From an uncultured Rhodospirillales bacterium (GTDB lineage: Bacteria; Pseudomonadota; Alphaproteobacteria; Rhodospirillales; Casp-alpha2): 24,000 nucleotides of DNA. Shown piece by piece: positions 15,827 through 24,000 of this stretch (positions are counted from its first letter, which is position 1; every line of letters begins with the position of its first letter). The notes beneath the pieces were generated by a model, which made no database searches, had not been told where the DNA came from, and worked only from the letters and a program-made list of their open reading frames with translations. Where the stretch lies: NCBI GenBank assembly GCA_965284225.1, contig CBDIRN010000002.1:205475-229474 (forward strand). The letters are read 5' to 3'. The position numbers and the translations under genes are program-made.

Positions 15827-16557
15827 TTGATCTTCACTGCCATTTGGATTTGTATCCAGACCCATTTTCAGAAATTCGCTCCGCTATTGCTCAGAATGCG
15901 TACATTCTATCAGTGACGACAACTCCAAAGGCTTGGAGAACTACTGCTCGAATTGCTGCCGATGCGCCTCGAATTAAAACCTCTTTGGGATTCCATCCGC
16001 AGTTGGTAGGAGAGCGAGCACATGAAATCGAGCTTTTCGAGGAATTGCTGCCATCGGCTGAATATGTTGGAGAAATTGGTTTAGACGGAAGTCGAGATTT
16101 CAAAGACACATTTGATGTGCAGCTTAAGGTATTTCGAAAAATCCTACAATTGATGTCTAAGAACGGGGGACGAATTTCTTCTATTCATAGCCGTGGGGCT
16201 GCAACAGAGACGCTTGATGAAATTGAAAAAGCTCCTGGGGCAGGCACGCCCATTCTTCATTGGTTTTCGGGAAGTAAGGCCGAACTGAAACGAGCAATCG
16301 ATCTAGGCTGTTGGTTTTCCGTTGGCCCTGCGATGCTTCGAGGTAAGAAAGGAGTGGCACTTGTTAATATGATGCCTCCTGGGAGAATCCTGACAGAGAC
16401 CGATGGCCCTTTTGGTAAGAATGGAAAAGAGCCGCTCCGGCCTGCTGAAGTGGGTCTAGCATTAAAGGAATTATCTGTTTGTTGGGGATGCTCATTTGAA
16501 AGTGCAGCATCCAAGGTTGCTCAGAATCTTCGATGTATTTTGGATGGAAGAACGTAA
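15814..16557 (+). CDS. qatD: QatD: TatD-family metal-dependent hydrolase/DNase
   Basis: TatD signature blocks are present: 'LIDLHCHLD' (HxH), 'EIGLDG', 'IHSR', 'LHWFSGS' and 'ETDGPF'. It overlaps qatC by 13 nt. Confidence 0.9.
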   Translation: MHPLIDLHCHLDLYPDPFSEIRSAIAQNAYILSVTTTPKAWRTTARIAADAPRIKTSLGFHPQLVGERAHEIELFEELLPSAEYVGEIGLDGSRDFKDTFDVQLKVFRKILQLMSKNGGRISSIHSRGAATETLDEIEKAPGAGTPILHWFSGSKAELKRAIDLGCWFSVGPAMLRGKKGVALVNMMPPGRILTETDGPFGKNGKEPLRPAEVGLALKELSVCWGCSFESAASKVAQNLRCILDGRT

Positions 16558-16650
16558 TATTTTTTTGAAAAGTGTGCAGTTGTCGCTGAAGGGTATTGTT
16601 GAGCTAGAGGAAAACCTGAGTTCAGAATTTTTTTCACCTTCTTCTGCCAT

Positions 16651-16678
16651 CTAGACCTACCCCAGTGAAAGAGGCTCG
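16651..16678. repeat. Degenerate IS3-family IRL-like terminal repeat, with its outer end to the right
   Basis: CTAGACCTACCCCAGTGAAAGAGGCTCG aligns with the IS3 remnant end at 4825-4851 (GTAGACCAATTCAGTGGGGGAGGATCA). Shared blocks are TAGACC, CAGTG, GAGG and TC, with one indel. Confidence 0.35.
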
Positions 16679-17008
16679 GGGGTACACCCGAAGTGGGGCT
16701 CAGAGCAAAACCACCTGTTATTTTCTTTAATTTACAATGACGATGAATGACAAACTTTCAGTTACACTACCGCCGGACGCTGTTCATGGGCAGAAAGAAA
16801 ATTTCACGATTTTCGGTACCTAATAACCCAACCCTCATGGAAACTGTAGATCAATCCACCCCGTCTCCGGGGGTATAGAAGGCTAGGCTTTGCAAATTGC
16901 AAAACCAGCGATATCAATAGCTTATCCTATCTGGCCAAATCCCTGTCGGCTCGATGGCAAAACTATGGCGACTAAACGTGCAGAACTATACGTTCCCCTA
17001 CACACGCC

Positions 17009-20751
<3,743 letters not shown>

Positions 20752-20776
20752 AATATCATGTCCAAGCGCGCGCCCA

Positions 20777-21892
20777 TTACACCCGCATCGGCATCAATAC
20801 ATAGATCGTACCGACTTCATCGGATCCCCGGATAATGGTTGGAGACGCTGCGTCCGCAAGCAGGAACACAGCTGTATCGCTATCAATTTGCCGGGCAATA
20901 TCAAGGAGATAGCCGGAGTTAAAACCGATTTCGATGGCCTCTTCGCCGTAACTGATCTCGATCTCTTCCTGCGCCGTACCGTTTTCCGGGCTGGATGCCG
21001 ACAACGAAAGCGTATCCCCGCTGATGGACAGCTTCACGGCACGTGATTTTTCCGACGAGATCGCCGAGACGCGATCCACGGCATCAGAGAGCGCCTTGCG
21101 ATTGACGGTCATTTCCTTGTCGTTACCCGTCGGAATGACCCGCTGGTAATCGGGGAATGTGCCGTCGATCAGCTTGGACGTCAGCACTGCATCATCAAAA
21201 GCAAAGCGGATTTTCGCCTCAGAAAGGGAAATCTCGACGTCATCACCGGTCTCATCGATCAGCTTGCGAATCTCACCGACGGTTTTGCGCGGCACGATCA
21301 CGCCCGGCATCCCGGCAGCACCCGCCGGCAACGGCAACTCGACACTCGCCAGACGATGGCCGTCCGTCGATACGGACCGCAGCATCGGCGTGCCGTCACG
21401 ATCGAAAACATGCAGATAGATGCCGTTCAGATAATAACGGGTTTCCTCGGTCGAAATGGCGAAACGCGTGCGATCAATCAACTCGCGCAGATCACCGGCC
21501 GGCAGCGAGAAGGTATGCGCATACTCGCCACCCGACATCACCGGGAAATCCTCAGTCGGCAGGCAGGACAATGTGAACCGGGAACGGCCGGCCCGGATCG
21601 TCAGCTTGCCGTCGCCGGGCGCCTCAAGTTCAACCTGGGCACCATCCGGTAATTTGCGGACGATTTCGAAGAAGGTCAGGGCCGGTGCCGTCGTCGCACC
21701 CGGTGTCGATATGCTGGCCGGTACGTGCTCGACGATATCGAGATCCATATCCGTGGCATTCAGCGACAGCTTCTCGCCATCCGCTTCGATCTTCACATTC
21801 GACAGAATGGGGATCGTGTTGCGCCGCTCGACGACGCTTTGCACATGCCCGAGGGAGCGAAGAAGATCTGTCCGTTCAATCGTCAGTTTCAT
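20777..21892 (-). CDS. dnaN: DNA polymerase III beta sliding clamp
   Basis: 371 aa. 'MKLTIERTDLLRSLGHVQSVVERRNTIPILSNVKIEA' is a typical DnaN N-terminus. It sits in the conserved dnaA-dnaN-recF-gyrB order. Confidence 0.95.
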   Translation of the reverse strand: MKLTIERTDLLRSLGHVQSVVERRNTIPILSNVKIEADGEKLSLNATDMDLDIVEHVPASISTPGATTAPALTFFEIVRKLPDGAQVELEAPGDGKLTIRAGRSRFTLSCLPTEDFPVMSGGEYAHTFSLPAGDLRELIDRTRFAISTEETRYYLNGIYLHVFDRDGTPMLRSVSTDGHRLASVELPLPAGAAGMPGVIVPRKTVGEIRKLIDETGDDVEISLSEAKIRFAFDDAVLTSKLIDGTFPDYQRVIPTGNDKEMTVNRKALSDAVDRVSAISSEKSRAVKLSISGDTLSLSASSPENGTAQEEIEISYGEEAIEIGFNSGYLLDIARQIDSDTAVFLLADAASPTIIRGSDEVGTIYVLMPMRV

Positions 21893-22175
21893 GCCTGAGA
21901 ACCCGTATCCCTAATCAGGGCATCGCGCCTGCGTGCCCATGTCCAAAACAATTCGTACGCCTTGAGAAATCTGCGGAATATTCAGCAAAACCGGCCCAAA
22001 AATCACAAAATAACGGGTAATTTCCGAGCGCCGTTAAGGCGTCCGCAAGTATAGCAGACGTTAACCATGACCCAAGACATTTAACGGCCCGCAAGGCCGT
22101 CAAATCGGTTTAGATTTATGATTTAAAATCAATGGCTTGCAAGCGCCACCCCAAGGCAGGCCAGCGGCGCTCAGA

Positions 22176-23640
22176 TCACCCTTCGAGCATACGCCGTAAA
22201 AGCTCGACGTCTTCCGCGAATCCGGGATCCATGGACTTCAGTTCCTCGACCTTGCGAACGGCGTGCATCACGGTTGTATGGTCCCTGCCGCCGAACTTGC
22301 GACCGATTTCAGGCAGCGATCTCGCCGTCAGCTGTTTCGACAAGTACATGGCGACCTGACGCGGACGGGCGACCGAGCGGGCGCGGCGCGCTGAATGCAT
22401 GTCCGAGATGCGGATATTGAAATGATTGGCGACCTGTTTCTGGATTTCCTCGATGGTCACGCGGCGATCATTGGCCCTGAGGAGGTCATGCAGGACTTCC
22501 TGCGTTGCCTCAATGGTGATGTCGCGACCGATCAGCTGTGCATGGGCAACGACGCGGTTCAGCCCGCCTTCCAGCTCACGCACGTTCGATGTGATCTTGT
22601 GGGCCAGGAATTCCATGACCTTGGGCGGTATATCGGCCCTGATCTGCGCGGCCTTCGACTGCAGGATACCCAGAGCGCAATTCATACGTGGTCGCGTGAA
22701 TATCCGCCACCAGGCCACAGTTAAGGCGCGAAATCAGTCGTTCTTCCATCCCGACCAGATCAGAAGGCGACTTGTCAGCGGAAATGACGATCTGCCGACC
22801 CTAGCCAACCAGCGCATTGAAAGTGTGGAAGAACTCTTCCTGCGTTGATTCCTTGCCGGCGATAAACTGCACATCATCAATCATCAGAACATCAACGGAC
22901 CGGAACTGGTCCTTGAAATCCATGGTCGTGCTTTCACGGATCGCCTGAACAAAGCGATGCATGAATTTCTCAGCGGAGAGATAGAGCACCGTGCGCTCAG
23001 GCGTGGTCTGGCGGATGTGCCAGGCAATTGCATGCATGAGATGGGTTTTGCCGAGACCGACACCACCATAAAGAAACAGCGGATTGAACGGCACACGCTC
23101 GGCTTCGGCGACGCGCCTGGATGCGGCGTAGGCAAATTCGTTGGGCTTGCCGACGACAAAGTTATCGAAAACAAAACGCGCATCAAGACCGGCGCTCAAC
23201 CCCTGCCTGCCGCCCGACATATCACGCGGCGCTTCACTTGCAGCCGGCGTTTGCCGTTTGATGCCTTCACGAGGCTGCTGGGGAGACCTGTCGCTGCGCA
23301 CGGAGACTTCCAGCGACGCCACTTCAGGCACTTCCGAATGCCACAGCGTTGCAATTCTTTCAGCGTAGTGCGCGACAACCCAGTCCCGCATGAAACGGGT
23401 CGGCACGGTTACATGCACAACCCCGTCCTGAACGGCTCTGATCTTGATCGGCTTGATCCAGCTTTGAAAAGCCGCTTCACCGATCTCTTCGCGGAGCTGT
23501 GTGTTGACGGTCGTCCACTGCGCGAGGATGACATCTCTGTCCGCTTCTTGCGGGTCATCGTCTAGCTTGTTCGATGGTGCGCCACTGGACGTCGCGTCGA
23601 TCATGCGTCGGTTGCCCCCCTTGGATAGGCTTGTTTTCAA
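22176..23640 (-). pseudogene. dnaA: Chromosomal replication initiator DnaA, interrupted as sequenced by an in-frame TAG and a 1-nt frameshift
   Basis: The N-terminal ORF (22801..23640) has 'GGVGLGKTHL' and 'DDVQFIAGKESTQEEFFHTFNALVG' and then TAG (+ strand cta, 22801-22803). The same frame continues [42 protein letters not shown]. The remainder ([10 protein letters not shown]...DNA-binding domain 'GGRDHTTVMHA') is in a different frame (ORF 22176..22718). The start is TTG 23640 or ATG 23604. Confidence 0.85.
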
Positions 23641-24000
23641 GTACCCCGACCGAAGCCGCAGTGTAAAATTTCACTCGTCGAATGACGATAAAAGGACATC
23701 TCGGATCAATGATCCAAAATGATAGAGAGACTTATTTGTTGGTTCGTCAAGAGACCGCCGAGTCTTCCCCCAAAAAATTCCCGGACAGCTTGATTAGAAC
23801 ATTCATCACGAACGACTAACTACACCCTGACGTTTGCGCCCCCCCGCGTATCACCTCATCGTCAACCAAAACATAACAAAACCAAAAATGAACAGACGAA
23901 CTCATAAACTCAGAGATAAGCCTGACCCATCAAATAAAATCCACAAAAAATTCAAAATAACCAAGAAATTAAAGTAGCCGTTTTCATTTACTTTTTGTCG
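23641..24000. promoter_or_regulatory. AT-rich region upstream of dnaA. Probable dnaA promoter, with possible DnaA-box-like sites.
   Basis: G+C drops sharply relative to the flanking core genes. AAATCCACA at 23937-23945 matches TTATCCACA at 7/9. TGATCCAAA at 23710-23718 is one mismatch from the Caulobacter-type TGATCCACA. A GAGTC (GANTC) site lies near 23760. No perfect DnaA box was seen. Confidence 0.3.

Overview
The window has two parts. Positions 1 to about 16.9 kb are an AT-richer accessory island: hand count 24/60 G+C at 8521-8580, against 36/60 at 19021-19080. Every credible island gene is on the + strand. From 17.0 kb onward is the GC-rich core replication cluster gyrB-recF-dnaN-dnaA on the - strand, with alphaproteobacterial-looking proteins, followed by an AT-rich region upstream of dnaA. 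The island looks like a mosaic defence island made of modules separated by transposon-end-like repeats and gene debris. The modules are: (i) an operon cut by the left edge that encodes a MotA/ExbB-like channel with a long coiled-coil tail plus a MotB/ExbD-like single-pass coiled-coil partner (Zorya-like architecture); (ii) a PD-(D/E)xK nuclease and a translationally coupled partner; (iii) a 5.3-kb segment bounded by perfect 25-bp inverted repeats, holding an IS3-family remnant, a truncated IalB-like gene, a 615-aa polytopic membrane protein and two restriction-endonuclease-fold proteins; (iv) a 344-aa protein with two HTH-like segments; (v) a complete QatABCD-type operon (KAP P-loop NTPase, QatB, QueC-like PP-loop enzyme, TatD hydrolase). 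The most interesting stretch is the same-strand seven-gene block at 7444-16557: two uncharacterised nuclease-fold genes, the 344-aa gene and Qat. Three further anomalies stand out. The qatB 5' end appears to switch reading frame at G-runs. dnaA carries an in-frame TAG and a separate 1-nt frameshift. IS3/Tn3-like terminal repeats bracket the cargo modules, and no transposase is present. I found no CRISPR array, tRNA or rRNA. All domain calls are by-eye motif recognition and need HMM or structure confirmation.
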